Shown: piece after piece, positions 36,877-52,164 of the stretch | Numbering within the stretch: the stretch's first letter is position 1 | How the letters are laid out: each line of letters begins with the position of its first letter | Assembly: GCA_951406725.2 (NCBI GenBank) | Contig: OX597831.1 | Coordinates: forward strand, 78,120,001-78,184,000 | Reading direction: 5' to 3' | Source of the DNA: Octopus vulgaris | Lineage: Eukaryota | Length of the DNA stretch: 64,000 nt | Notes under the pieces: generated by a model | Told to the model about the DNA's origin: nothing | The model's input: only the letters and a program-made list of their open reading frames with translations | Database searches by the model: none | Translations under genes and position numbers: made by a program

Positions 36877-38112
36877 CCCGTTAAAAGGAGGACAGGGCAG
36901 GCCGTGGTTGATGATGCGCAGACACGAGCTGAGACTGCGACATCTCAGGCTCTCTGTAGACGACGGTGAACAGGTGTGGTCGCCGTTTGTGAGGCACCCT
37001 TTTCCGCAACTTGTCTCCATGACCGAACTGCAGTTGTGGATCAAAAAGAGGCCGAGGAAGGGCGAATGGCACCGCGAGTGTCGCGTTGCTCTCAAGCAAC
37101 TCTGCCGTCCCGGGTCGACCTTGATTGACTCCGACACGACCAAAGCATTCTATAGGGGATTAGTGGAGGGGAGGTACGACGACGAGCTCGGGGCGAACCT
37201 GGACGTCGACGAGGAGTACCTGACCCGCCTGTTCAGGACGACTTTCGGGCCAGGGCCCATGGACAACTTCCAGAGATCCCTGGCCTGGCAGTGCTACCGA
37301 GAAGCGCTACCCGTTCGGGATAAGCTCTACAGACACGGCTCGAGAAACACGGGGCCGACCTGCCCGAGATGCGGTCAGAGCGACGAAACCGTTCTGCACG
37401 CACTCGTGCAGTGTCCAACAAGTTCCGACCCGTGGGCTTATGTCGAACAACTGCTGTCACGTGTAGGACGAGTCGGTTTATCAGTCGAGTCTATCATCAA
37501 TATTGTCACGCCTTCCTTCAAACGGGAAGGAAGAGCTATTTTCATCATCCCTGTGGCTATGGCGAAAGAATGTATCTGGTGGACGCGTCTGAAAGGATTG
37601 AAGACAAATACTTTCCTCTCTGGTCAATCTCTCCTCAACTTCAAGTACCACTTGAAAAGGAAAGTGAGAGTAGAGAGGCAAGTTTTGTCTAGCGAATGTT
37701 TTAAAAAAAGATGGGTGAATGTAGCAAGGATGGCACGTATGAATGACGAAGCCACCTTGAGCATAATCCTATGAACCCAGAAATTGAAAACAGAGGGTTA
37801 CCCACTTGCAAACAAATGTGGTAACATGTAAAAATATTGACCGAGGTTACTGTGGTCTTTTCCGTAGGCTTTTCTTTCCACAGATAAACCTTATCTGCTT
37901 CCCCCTTTACACCGTACATCATGACACTGTGATACACGATCGCTATTGATCGTTCTTTTTTCTTTTATTTTGTTCCTTTTTTCTCTTCTTTCCCTTTTAC
38001 GATCCCTTTTGATCGAAAACCTACCCCACTCTATTTTCCCACCAAAAAAGAAAAGCTCTACTTTGTAATTTGTCCCGTCTGTGTGCAGCCCTGTGTGGCT
38101 AATAAAGAAACA
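36877..38112 (+). mobile_element. Tx1-type LINE, 5'-truncated (ORF to 37774), different 3' UTR variant
   Basis: Same ORF2 end as 35435-36720; (TATC)n on both sides. Confidence 0.92.
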
Positions 38113-38319
<207 letters not shown>

Positions 38320-38705
38320 TTATCCCTCTCTCTGCATATCTTTCTATCTGTCTCTATGTCTCTGTATTTAAATCTGACGAGGTGTTGCTGATCTTTCTCA
38401 ACGACACAGACTTCCAGTGTGAAGAGCAACTCCTGTCTCGCTTCGTCTCTTCGCGTATGCCACGGCGGACAGAAGTTTCATATCCATTGTTTAGAGGCTT
38501 CCACCCTCCCGTTCACTCTATCCCCCTTCATTTATATGTGTGTGTATAAACATATATATTTATATGTATATACATACATATATATATACATTTTTTTCAC
38601 GTTTACTTTTGTTTTTAATAGAGGGTGGACATCCATCATGACGAATATTTGTATCTGGCATTTTATAGGTTTGTCCGCACGTATATATATAGATACGCTT
38701 ACTCA

Positions 38706-38767
<62 letters not shown>

Positions 38768-39104
38768 CACATGTCTAAGGAGGTGAGGAAGCGTATGAAT
38801 GAAGCACTCAACAAAGTCGTTCGGAGTTGTAAGTGTACAATACAAAGTTGATTCAGCTCCCGCTTTATAAATTTCGGAGGCAGAAAATGGGTCTTCGTAT
38901 GTAAGTATGTGTGGATGTTTGGATGGATGGATGGATGGATGGATGGATGGATAGATATATGGATGGATTAATGGTTGGATGGATGGATGGATAGTGGGTG
39001 AAAGAATACAGGTATGGGTATCTATGTCAGGTATGTAATGATAAAGTTAATGGCCCGCCATTCAAGCTATAAATGATACGAACACACACACGCGCGTGTG
39101 TGTT

Positions 39105-39156
<52 letters not shown>

Positions 39157-40527
39157 CATACATACTACATATATATATAGATATACATATATGTAGATAT
39201 GATCCTATACATATATGCCTATCTATATAACCCCCCCCCACACACACACATATGTATGTATGTATATATATGTATTCACATACACGTATATACAATTATA
39301 CATATACACATATATGTACATATAAATGTATGTGTTTCAATAAGGTCCCAAATGCTCATAAAGACCGTTGCTTTGCTCTAATTTCATTCCCTTAAGTGGG
39401 TGAAATGTAAATTTGCCCTCATTCCTTTGTGTGTGTGTGTCTGTGTGTCTGTGTGTGTGCGTTCGCGTGTGCAATATAATATACAATAAACATTTCGAGA
39501 TACGTAAAAAAACTAGGTGTACTTCAAGTCAGGTCTCTAGCTTCGGTTTCATTGCGTTCAAACACCGTAGAGATGTCAAGCTCTTCTCACGATTTACCCG
39601 TCTACTCGCTGTAAAGTTCTGTCTTGATAAGCAGTTCCGACGAAGAGTTTATTTTTGCCATATCAAATCTGAGACAAATCCCCAAATTAATAAGACAATA
39701 GTTTAAGGAGGCTAATCCTTTCCAACTATTTCCCTAAAGGCAATAGGAAGATCCATTAAAAAAAAAAGATTATCTTATTTGAACGTGGTACCGCTTACGG
39801 GACTAAATGCTCCGTTTTTATGACAGAGGACTCAACTAGAACACAGAGTGAAATATTAGACATAACTCCCATATGCTTGTGTCCTGTTATGGCGAGAGAG
39901 AAGTACAAATGTGATGGTGAAAGGCGCCAGCAACAACGTCGACTTCTGCTTGTCAACTTCCAATAACAGTGAATGTGGCCTGTTAATGCAGGGGTGACAA
40001 AAAGTAGCGTTTCGTCTGGAGGGGTCAACATGTACTTGCAATTTTAACGACACCAAAAGCAACAAGACGAAATCACTGCTCACCCCTTTTGAGGGCATCG
40101 AGCCAAAGGATATGTGTCTGAGGGTGCAACACAAAAGACTTAGTTGCTATACATGTGGAAGTAAAATCCTCTTGAGGGCCTTTTTACTCTGAAGAATTGG
40201 GAAGTTAAAAAGAAGTAGAGATAGTAGCAACAGAAAGAAGTGAAGGCAGTGAAACCTGTAGGTACTATATCCGGGTCTTAATAGTGGAGGAATTCACCTC
40301 ATTCGGGGTACCCTCTCTCCCTTCCGTAACAACTAGTAGCACGATGCAGTTATCATATGATGAGTAAAAGGAGCTACAGAACCAACAACTGGTACTAACG
40401 AATTTAGTAGGAAGATCTTTAAAGAAAAAAATAAACAGGCTACTAAAAATGGTTTTGAAAAATTTGGATCTGCTCCACCTCCCTACGAAAACGTCATGTG
40501 GTTTACATTTGTGTGATAATATAACCA

Positions 40528-40757
40528 AGGGCGGTGAGATGGCAGAAACGTTAGCACGCCGGGCGAAATGCTTAGCAGTATTTCGTCTGCCGTTACACTC
40601 TGAGTTCAAACTCCGTCGAGGTCGACTTTGCCTTTCATCCTTTCGGGGTCGATAAACTAAGTACCAGTTACGCACTGGGGTCGATGTAATCGACTTAATC
40701 ACTTTGTCCTTGTTTGTGCCCTCTATGTTCAGCCCCTTGTGGGCAATAAAGAAATAA
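40528..40757 (+). mobile_element. SINE family A with probable 12-bp TSD
   Basis: AATATAACCAAG before and AATACAACCAAG after. Confidence 0.88.
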
Positions 40758-41107
40758 ATACAACCAAGAAACAACGAGTGTTAATTGTGGTAAAATGCTA
40801 GAGGATTTATGGGCAACGTTTATGTTTTTAACGCTGTGAACACTGCTGGATGGAATTGCACTGACCTGGTGCTGAAACCACATTGATACCCGTGTGGGCA
40901 GCAGATGACGGAAATGCACATACATTATGCTCTGTAGTGACTTTCTTATATCTTAGTCTCGTTATTCTGGAGTGTCCTTCATAGATATTGGTGTCTAGTT
41001 TAGTGGATTCAAAGGTTTATATTGGTATTGTTCGGTTTCCTTCTCAGATAATCTAATTAGGCCTGGGCAATGCTTCAGTATTGCTGTCTAGTTCGGGGAG
41101 AATCTGT

Positions 41108-41179
<72 letters not shown>

Positions 41180-41527
41180 AGCATATCTCAAAAGTCTTTG
41201 AATTCCCAGACAAAGTATTTAGGACGTTTTTAAACGCGCGAAAGACTTCTTTGTTCATGTAGTTATAACTTCCTGCAAAAGAAAAAAAAAAGGGAAAAAC
41301 AGAATCCGAAGACGTCGGAATTTTCCTACACCGTCCACCGCCAAAATGCTAACAGCTCGGGGTGCACTAAAACTCAGCATGATGAATGGAAGAAGGGTAC
41401 AATTTGGGAGGGATACGAAATCAGCATAGCCAGTAGGTTCCTTCCTGTGTGTGGGTGGGTTAAACAGCATGCATTTCAAGGCTTAGAAATCTTAAATTAA
41501 TTAATTATTCATACCGTCTTATTTATT

Positions 41528-41610
<83 letters not shown>

Positions 41611-42239
41611 CATTATTATTATTATTATTTTATATTTATTTCATGCATTATTACATTCATATGCGGTGTATCATATAACGCCGCCCTAAGTCTGAATTCC
41701 TTTTATATATAACACTTTGTCAAAGCGCTGACGTTTTCTAAGCGCTATATTCTTTTACGGCCATTGAATTTTATTATATCATTTCTAAATCTTGTGGCCA
41801 TTAAACAGATAAGTAATTAAATAAATAAATAAATGGATAAATAAATAAATGGATAAATAAATAAATGAATATTATTGTTGTTGTGTTTTGGTTTTGCTTT
41901 AATTTATAGGAATTGCAGCCAAGTGAACCCTCAAGGGACAAAAAGGTTTTGTGTCTGAAGATGCTAGCAGGTGAGGTGCTGCCATGCAATTGAAAAGACT
42001 GATGTCTGTGGAAGAAAAAACAAAAGAGAGAGTAAGATTGCATTTATATGGAGAGAACATTTCGTACAACATGCAAGGAACCCATAAGCATGATCTTTTG
42101 TTTTTGGGGGAAGTGTGTAGCTGCATGGGACTTGGGTTGCATATTTGTTGGCTCCTCAAGTGCCGCAAATAATGTTGTGATACCACGTTCTTCTGATTTC
42201 AATTTCCAAGGCCTTATATTTGCTCAGTATTAATATTAT

Positions 42240-43295
42240 TAAGAGGGCGAGCTGGCGTGTTGTCCGCATTGTCATCACTCCGGACAAAATACTTAGAGGC
42301 ATTTCATCCGTTCTGAGTTCAAATTGCACCGATGCCTACTTTAACTTTCATCCTTTCTGGGTCGATAAATTAAGCACCAGTGAGACACTGGGGGGTCAAT
42401 GTAATCGACTATTCTCCTCCCACAAAATTTCAGGCCTTGAGCCTTTAGTAGAAAAGATTATTACTATTTCTATTATTAAGGGCAGCGAGCTGGCAGAAAC
42501 GTTAGCACGCCGGGTGAAATACTTACCAGTACTTCGTCTATCATTACGTTCTGAGTTCAAATTACGCCGAAGTAGATTTTGCTTTTCATTCTTTCGGGGT
42601 CGATAAAATAAGTATCGGTGAAATACTGGAGTCAATGTAATCGACTAGTCCCATCCCCTCAAATTTCAGGCCTTGTGCCCTTCGTAGAAAAGATTATTAT
42701 TATTTCTATTATTAAGGGCAGCGAGCTGGCAGAAACGTTTGCAGCAGGACGAAATGCTTAGCAGTATTTCGTCTGCCGTTACGTTCTTCTGAGTTCAAAT
42801 TCCGCCGAAGTTGACTTTGCCTTTCATCCTTTCGGGGTCGATAAATTAAGTACCAGTTACGCACTGAGGTCGATGTAATCGACTTAATCCGTTTGTCTGT
42901 TCTTGTCTGTCCACTCTATGTTTAGCCCCTTGTGGGTAATAAAGAAATAGGTACTTCGTCTGTCATTACGTTCTGGATGGGTCAACATGTACTTGCAATT
43001 TTAACGACACCAAAAGCAACAAGACCAAATCACTGCTCACCCCTTTTGAAGGCATCGAGCCAAAGGATATGTGACTGAGAGTGCAAGACAAAAGACTTAG
43101 TTGCTATACATGTGGAAGTAAAATCCTCTTGAGGGCCTTTTTACTCTGAAATTGCATGTTGACCCATGTCGATTTTGCTTTTCATTTTTTCGGGGTCGAT
43201 AAAATAAATATCGGTGAAATACTGGGTCAATGTAATCGACTAGTCCACCCCAACAAAAAAATTTCAGGCCTTGTACCTTTAGTAAAAAGGAGTAT
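42240..43295 (+). mobile_element. tandem array of SINE A units (two tail types) with an inserted foreign segment
   Basis: Heads near 42243, 42478 and 42715; partial unit from 42951 interrupted by 42972-43167. Confidence 0.85.
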
Positions 43296-43574
43296 AATCA
43301 TCGCTTAAATCCACTTTACGAAATTTCACAGATCATGGTTCGTTCTCTGAAATCAATTTTTTTTTACAGTTGCTTTTGTTGACGTGATCATTGTCACAAG
43401 CGGTCTTGGTTGTTGTTGCTGTTGTTGTTGTTGTTATATTCTTGTTATGATTGCTGTTATTGTTGTTTAGCAGTTTCTAAGCAATAAAAACGGTACCGGA
43501 CATTCGCATCACCAAACATCGCCATTAATAAAAATAGAAAGAAAGAAAGGAAGGAAGAAGGAAAGAAAGAAGGA

Positions 43575-43605
<31 letters not shown>

Positions 43606-43812
43606 GAAAAGTCAGACGGGAAGAAGAAACAGATACAATATAAATTTGATAAAACATATCTTTAAACAGTCAATAATAACAACAACAATAATAACAACAA
43701 TAATAAAAATAATGATGATGATGATGATGATGATGATGATAATAATAATAATACTAATGCTAATAATAATAATGATAATAATAACAATGATAATAATAAC
43801 AACAACAACAAC

Positions 43813-43868
<56 letters not shown>

Positions 43869-43884
43869 TAATAATAATAACAAT

Positions 43885-43938
<54 letters not shown>

Positions 43939-44318
43939 AAAATCAAGTGAAATGAAAATGGACGCCATAATGCTACAGTGTAGTTCCATATATCGTTCCC
44001 AAGGGTTTTGTATGTTCGTGAGAACTAGTAATCCTATTGTCATGAGATCGCATTCAACGTGCGCCGCATGCGTTTCCTCTTTATTTCGATTCATTTGTTG
44101 TCGTTTTCTTTTCCTTTTTTCCCCCCTGATCTTTGTTCTTATTTTCCATGATGGTTTTGTATTTCAGTTCATTCTATTAGAATTTTTTTTCTTTATATTT
44201 ATTTTATATATTTTATTTGTTTGTATCCTTTCATATTTCGTCGTCTCTTTTCCACTATCAGCAGTGAAATACATCCACATTATCAGCAACAATAAAACAT
44301 ATAAATGGCTAATAATAG

Positions 44319-44353
<35 letters not shown>

Positions 44354-44540
44354 AACAGAGCTTGAATGGATTTCAATGCGATATTTCAACGTTCTCTCTA
44401 TTTTGTATACGTAACTAAATCTACAAAACGTTTTCTGCATTTTAAAAAATATTTCTTTTCTATTTTTTTTGCACCTTAACTTCCTATCCTGGACTGATTT
44501 CCTCTCGGTTGTGTTTGTTGTTGGTGTTTTTTTTTTGCTA

Positions 44541-44601
<61 letters not shown>

Positions 44602-44765
44602 CATTATTATTATTATTGTTATTATTATTATTCGCTTTTATTGCTGTGCACTTCCTTCCATCACTGCACCTCACAACAAATATACATAGAAAGGAACTCA
44701 CACATCATACAATTATTTACTTGTATTTATGGTTGTTTGTGTGTATTTATCTATGACTATATCTT

Positions 44766-44819
<54 letters not shown>

Positions 44820-44820
<1 letters not shown>

Positions 44821-44937
44821 ATACAAAATGGGACAAGAACGCAAAACATCCGGACAGTTACGTGATACAAAAATGAGACAACAAAACATCCGGATAGACG
44901 ATACAAAGAAAGCAAGGACGGGTCATTCGAAGTTTTC
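44820..44937 (-). mobile_element. family F1 3' fragment (ribozyme not included)
   Basis: CAAAATGGGACAAGAACGCAAAACATCC...GGTCATTCGAAG matches 9779-9845. Confidence 0.75.
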
Positions 44938-44939
44938 AC

Positions 44940-45018
<79 letters not shown>

Positions 45019-45022
45019 AAGT

Positions 45023-45099
<77 letters not shown>

Positions 45100-46139
45100 G
45101 GATAGAGGGAGAGATAGATAGATAGATTGACTGATTGATAGAAAAAGAGAAAGAGAGATAAACAGATAAATGTATAGATATAGAAGCATACACAAATTCA
45201 TACGTACATACATAAATGAATGCATATACATACATACATACATACTTGCATACATACATACATACAGGCATACATGCACGCATACATGCATAGATACTCA
45301 CACACGCATACATGTATACACACACATATATACATACATACATAGTACATGCATACATACATACTCACACACATACATACATATATACATACATACATAC
45401 GTACTTGCATACATACATGCATACATATTCACATACACATACATACATACATACATGCAGAGAGATTTAAAATTCCAGGAATCAAAAATATAAAAGAAAC
45501 TGAAGTAATCATATTCCAACCATTCAAGCTTTTCGTAAATGGCTGAAAGAACCAAAGGACTCGGATCAGCCTTGGAATAAGATGTACATCACCAAGGACA
45601 TACATCATGGCTGCAACAGAATTTCCAGCCCAAATTAAGGGTACTACAGAAAATGGCATTAATGTTTGATACTTTGGAAGCAATGACTAAGTTTCTGATA
45701 TCGAAGGCGCCATGTTACGGTTAGAACGGTAATTTGTACCTTGAGGGTGTTTTTGCTTGACTTCTAAGCGAACCAGGTCATATTCCAGGGTAAAAGTTCC
45801 GTCTTCGGTTCATGTCGTTGGTATTATTGTTGTTGTGTTATAAAACCAGATAAATCCTTGATCACTTAGATTTGTAATGAAAAGCGTTTCAACTGTAAAC
45901 ACGTCGAACGAAATGCTTAACAGCATCCCGTTCGCCTTTCGGTCCTGTGTTCAAATACTGCCGAGGTTGGGAGTCGATAAAATAAAGTACCAGTCAATTA
46001 CTGGGGTCAATTAAATCGACTACTCACCATCGCCAAAATTCCAGGCTTTGTGCCTGCAGTAGAAGGCTTTCATCAAGCACCAGAATCGTTAACGCGTTGA
46101 ACAAAATGCTTCACTGTGTTTCTCCTGGATCTTTTACTA

Positions 46140-46535
46140 TTTTGCTTTTTTACTTGTTTCAGTCATTTGACTGCGGCCATGCTGGAGCACCGCCTTTTAG
46201 TCGGGCAAATTGACCTCCGGACTTATTCTTTGTAGGCCTAGTACTTATTCTATCGGTCTCTTTTGCTGAACCGCTAGTTTACGGGGACGTAAACACATCA
46301 GCATCGGTTGTCAAGCGATGTTGGGGGGGGGGGGACAAACACACACACGCATATATACATATACATATATACGACGGGCTTCTTTCAGTTTCTATCTACC
46401 AAATCCACTCACAAGGCTTTGGTCGGCCAGAGGCTATAGTAGAAGACACTCGCCCAAAGTGCCATGCAGTGGGACTGAACCTGGAAACATGTGGTTGGTA
46501 AGCAAGCTACTTACCACACACCGCTGCTGCGCCTA
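46140..46535 (-). mobile_element. SINE family B
   Basis: Full reverse-complement match to 20887-21325. Confidence 0.9.
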
Positions 46536-47092
46536 TAAAAAACAGTTTCCTATCTGCATGGGAGTCGAACCGACATCCCTTTGTTAACACGACTAAGTGT
46601 GTTACCTTTACACATGCCAATCAGCCACAGTCTCAGTTCAAGCCCCTTCGAGGTTAAATTTGCTTTGCATTCTGTTGGGAGAGGAGATAAATAGACTGAA
46701 ATAACAGCGAGGGACTGGGGTCGCTGGTATTGCCCTGCCCCTCCTCAAAATATTCCAGATTTTGTTCCCTAGATAGGAAGCAAATATATAAATATCAGCA
46801 CCACCAACAATAGAAACATCGAATGCAACAAGAACAACAACATACAAAGACAATAGCAATTAAGAAACAACTCATACAGACGATTATCCGGCTTCTGTAG
46901 CGTTCAAATGACGGAGATCACTTCCGCCGGGATGGGACACTGTCTCTATGCTGACTGTTCGGATGGAGTTAGCTATACGTTGGATACACACTATGTTGGT
47001 CTTACAAAGTCTTTGACATTGTGTTCTGGTGTTGCTTTATTCTATATTTAGCCATGGGGACTTCTTAACAACGCAATCAAGCGTGCATCTAT

Positions 47093-47604
<512 letters not shown>

Positions 47605-47850
47605 AAAAAAGGGTGGAATTAATTAATTGTTAATCAATTCGACCAAGCAGTATTCGGTATGTAAAAAGACCATTTACGGTATATTTGAAGTATTATATTA
47701 TAAAAATATGGTAAAGTAAAAAATTCACTTTACCACACACCGAACTGATCAGAAATAGCAGCCAAAAATTTGGCTATTTCTTCAACTGCAAGTAAAAGTC
47801 TCCAGACAATGCATACTCAGAAAAATAACTCACATATATATATATATATA

Positions 47851-50182
47851 TTGTATTGGTATCCTTTCTGTCTCGGGAGACAATAGAGTTGCGCATTTTT
47901 TTTTTTTTTTAAGTCTAGTCCGGCTTTTATACTTCATGTCCTGATACATTTCCTGCTGTGGCTGTGTAGTCCTATCCTGGACAAACACTCCCTCTGGCAG
48001 GTACCGCAAATGTAATGGAGACTGTTCCTGGCTGGTTTTAGTGCCATAGTCTCTTGTTTACGTCTCTTCCTTTCTTTCCATTTCTCCTCTCTCTCTCTGT
48101 CACTCTTTTGTATTCCCTCTTACTGTACGTCGCCATTCTCCACGGTTGCCGGCAACTGCCTCCCAACCGCTAATATTGATGTTGCAGGCCTTCATATCCC
48201 TTTTGCAAACATCCCTGTAACGTAAGATCAGTCTACCCACAGACCTAGTACCCCTAGCAAGCTCTCCGTAGAGTATGTCCTTGGGGATTCTGCCATCTTC
48301 CATACGGCTAACATGCCCAAGCCATCTCATACGTCTTTGTGTGAGGAGTGCAAACATGCTTGGTATTCCTGCTTGCCTGAGGACATCTTTGTTGGGGATA
48401 TGATTCTGCCATTTGATGCGGAGGATTTTTCGGAGGCAGCGCTGGTGAAAGATGTTTAGGCGACACTCTTGGCGTGTGTATAGCGTCCAGGTCTCGCTTC
48501 CATACAGTAGAGTGCTGAGTACACATGCCTGGTAAATCTTCATTTTCGTGGTCTTGGTCAGCTTATTGTTGTCCCAAGCCCGTTTGGAGAGTTGGGCCAT
48601 CGCAGCAGCTGCCTTTCCAATGCGTATATTGAGCTCAGCGTCAAGGGATAGGTTGTAGGTGACGGTAGAGCCCAGATAGGTAAACTTCTCCACCTCTTGT
48701 AGTCTGTGGTCTCCAATATGTATGTTTGGGATGTCCGATGTAGCCTGGCCCATGATGTTGGTCTTCTTAAGGCTGATAACTAAGCCAAAGTCGTTACATG
48801 CTTGCTCAAAACAGTTAATGAGCCTTTGGAGGGCTTCTGTGTGTGTTACCAGAGCGGCAGCATCAGCAAATAACATCTTCTTGATCAGGACGTTTCTGAT
48901 TTTGGTCTTGGCACGCAGGCGCGAGAGATTGAACAGTTTCCCGTCACTTCTACTGTGCAGAAACACTCCGTCATCTGATGTCTGAAAGGCATGTGAAAGT
49001 AAGAGTGAGAAGAAGATGCCAAACAATGTAGGAGCTTTATCCCGTTTTTTATTTGGAAGGCGGATGATGTTGAACCGTTGTGCTGTATGGTGCCTTGCAT
49101 GTCATCATGGAAAGACTTGATGATCCTCAGCAGCTTTGGTGGACATCCGATTTTTTGGAGCAGGAGGAAGAGGCCAGTTCTGCTTACCGAGTCAAAAGCC
49201 TTTGTTAGATCAATGAAGGCCATATATAATGGCATTTTCTGCTCTCTGGACTTCTCCTGAAGTTAGCGTATGGAGAATATCATATCGATAGTTGATCTGC
49301 TTCTTCTAAAGCCACACTGCGATTCCGGATAGATTCGAGAAGCAAGTAGTTGTAGACTGGCCAGGATAATGCGGGCAAAGGTCTTTCCAACAGTGCTTAG
49401 AAGGGATATACCACGGTAATCGTTACAATCACCACGGTCACCTTTGTTTTTGTAAAGCGTAATGATGTTGGCATCCCGCATATCCTGAGGGGCTGTACCC
49501 TCTTCCCAGCACTGACACAGAAGCTCATGAAGGTGCCGAAGCAGGATGGTGTTTTTGCCGGCTTTGATAATCTCTGAGGGGATGCCGTCTTTTCCCGGAG
49601 CCTTATTTCTTGCTAGGGAGTCTGCTATAGATGGCGGACTGTCAAGTTCGCACATGACTGGCAAGATCTTGACACTCTCGACTGCAGCCTCAGCCACTGT
49701 GGTCTCCCGTGAGTAGAGATCCTGGTAGTGCTCCAACCATCTATCCATTTGCTTGCCTTGATCCCTGATGAGATCTCCAGTAGTTGATTTCAGAGGGGCT
49801 GACTTGGTTGCGGGTGGACCGAGGGCCTTCTTCAAACCGGCATACATCCCACGGGTGTCGCCTCTGTCAGCAGCTGACTGGATACTCTGACAGATTTCCT
49901 GCCAATACCTATTTGCACAGCGTCTGGCTGTCAGTTGGGTTTTATTTCGTGCCTTTCTGAGTTCTTCGAGTGACTTTGTAGAAGAGTCGCTCTTGTATTG
50001 CACCAGAGCTGCACGCTTTGCTTCGATAACTGGCTCCAGCATTGAACCAATCTGGGTTTTGCCTTTCTCTCATGCCGAAAGTATCCAATGATGTCGTATA
50101 CAAGGCTTCCCTGATATAGTCCCACCTACTTTCAGCAGAGGAGGCTGGGCAGCTACTGAGGGCAACCATGATAGAAGCAGCA
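47851..50182 (-). mobile_element. RTE-clade LINE, 5'-truncated, frameshifted reverse transcriptase
   Basis: ORFs 49263-50042, 48885-49235 and 48100-49026: NKAPGKDGIP, YRGISLLS, ESQCGFR, FIDLTKAFDSV, LFNLSRLRAKTK, MLFAD, RWLGHV, GRIPKDILYGEL. Confidence 0.95.
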
Positions 50183-50218
50183 AAAAAAACAAAACAAAAA
50201 AACCCCTAATAATAATTT

Positions 50219-50274
<56 letters not shown>

Positions 50275-50323
50275 AATACATATTTCTATGAGAGAGTAAA
50301 TACGAATACATGCATGTATATTA

Positions 50324-50396
<73 letters not shown>

Positions 50397-51159
50397 GTCT
50401 ATCTGTCATCCGATTTACCATATCCATTTCAAGCCTAGTGATTAAATTAAAAGAGAACAGGTCATAAACCAACCAACCAACCAGCTAAGCAGCCAGCCAG
50501 CCAGCCTAGTCTCCTGTTTAGACAACCTCACCTTTTTTGTGTATATAAAAAGCATAGAAAAAAAAGAATACAAAATAAAGGATTCGATGATCAACCCAAA
50601 CAAGAATTACCTGTGCCCCTCCCCTCGTTTGGAGGGCTGGGGGGAGCGGGAGCGGTGAAGGCATCTATCTCAATATTGATTCAATATCATTTTATCACAT
50701 CTACCTGTGACAAAGATAACAGGAAGCAGGTAGCTGGAAATGACTATAAAGCACAATAATGTATAAGAAATCTAACAATGGGGACAGTCACGACTGGAAC
50801 GACAGGAAAGGATGTTTGAACATTTCACACATGCACACACGCACATACACATAGGCACGCACACACAGATTATCTGTATATATATATGTATATATATGTA
50901 TACACACATACACACATCCGTTATTTATTTATGTAGGTGTACGTTTCACATTGTATTTATGAATATGTCCATAAATATAATTGTGTTTCGATTTATACAC
51001 ACATCAATGCAGTTGTATATATATATATATATATATAATTTGCATAAGCATACATCCTTGTCTTTCTCTCCATGCCTCTCTCCTCTGTTTTCCAATAAAT
51101 ACATACATTGCATACATCTCACTTTCTCAATTGTATGAAGTAACAGACACAGTATTGTC

Positions 51160-51233
<74 letters not shown>

Positions 51234-51421
51234 ATGAATAATATGATAATGTAGGGAATATTGCTTCGTTCATTTGAGATAGTGACACATCTGTAAAGTA
51301 AATTTTTATAGACCATAATCTTTTTATGGAACTGGATTTCACGTTTCGCTTCTTACACACACACACACACACGCACACATGTACGTACATTTTTAAGTAT
51401 GCATGTATGTATGTATATATG

Positions 51422-51472
<51 letters not shown>

Positions 51473-51473
51473 C

Positions 51474-51505
<32 letters not shown>

Positions 51506-51535
51506 AATATGTATATATATATGTATGTGTATATA

Positions 51536-51571
<36 letters not shown>

Positions 51572-51606
51572 TGTATGTATGCATGTATGTATGTATGTAT
51601 ATATTA

Positions 51607-51787
51607 GGCGAGTGCGTGGCTGTATGGTAAGAGAGTTGCTTCCCGACCCTATGGTCCCAGTTTCAGTGCCAAACCGTGACACCTTGGACTAGTGTCTTCT
51701 ACTACAGCCTCGGGCCAACCGAAGTCTTGTGACTGGATTTGGTAGACGGAAACTAAAAGAAGCCCATTGTATATATATACACACATA

Positions 51788-51832
<45 letters not shown>

Positions 51833-51849
51833 ATGTGTGTGTATGTATA

Positions 51850-51918
<69 letters not shown>

Positions 51919-52162
51919 GTGCTTGTGTGTGTGTTTCTGTCTATCTGTTTGCCTGCCTGTCTGTGTTTCTCCCTCCCCACTCCATCGCTTGGCACCCGAT
52001 TCTGGTGCGTTTATGTCCCTCTAAATTAACGAGCGATTCGACAATATGGAACGATAGAATAAGCACTAGGCTTACAAAGAATAAATCCTGGGATCGACTT
52101 GTTTGAATAAAACACTTTCAGGTGCTGCTCCAGCATGGCCGCAGTCAAACGACTGAAACAAG
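51607..52162 (+). mobile_element. SINE family B (older)
   Basis: Head, CORE-like segment and tail all recognisable. Confidence 0.85.
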
Positions 52163-52164
52163 AA

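Noticed and set aside
38374-38418. CTGACGA followed by a good hairpin
   Set aside because: GAAA missing and no stem I; similar weak hits near 23422, 29780, 31625, 32135 and 62115 were also dropped
40770-41110. Possible decayed LINE coding fragment
   Set aside because: Multiple stops; I could not assign a family
45460-45700. Possible host exon or RT fragment
   Set aside because: No recognisable domain or convincing splice pair
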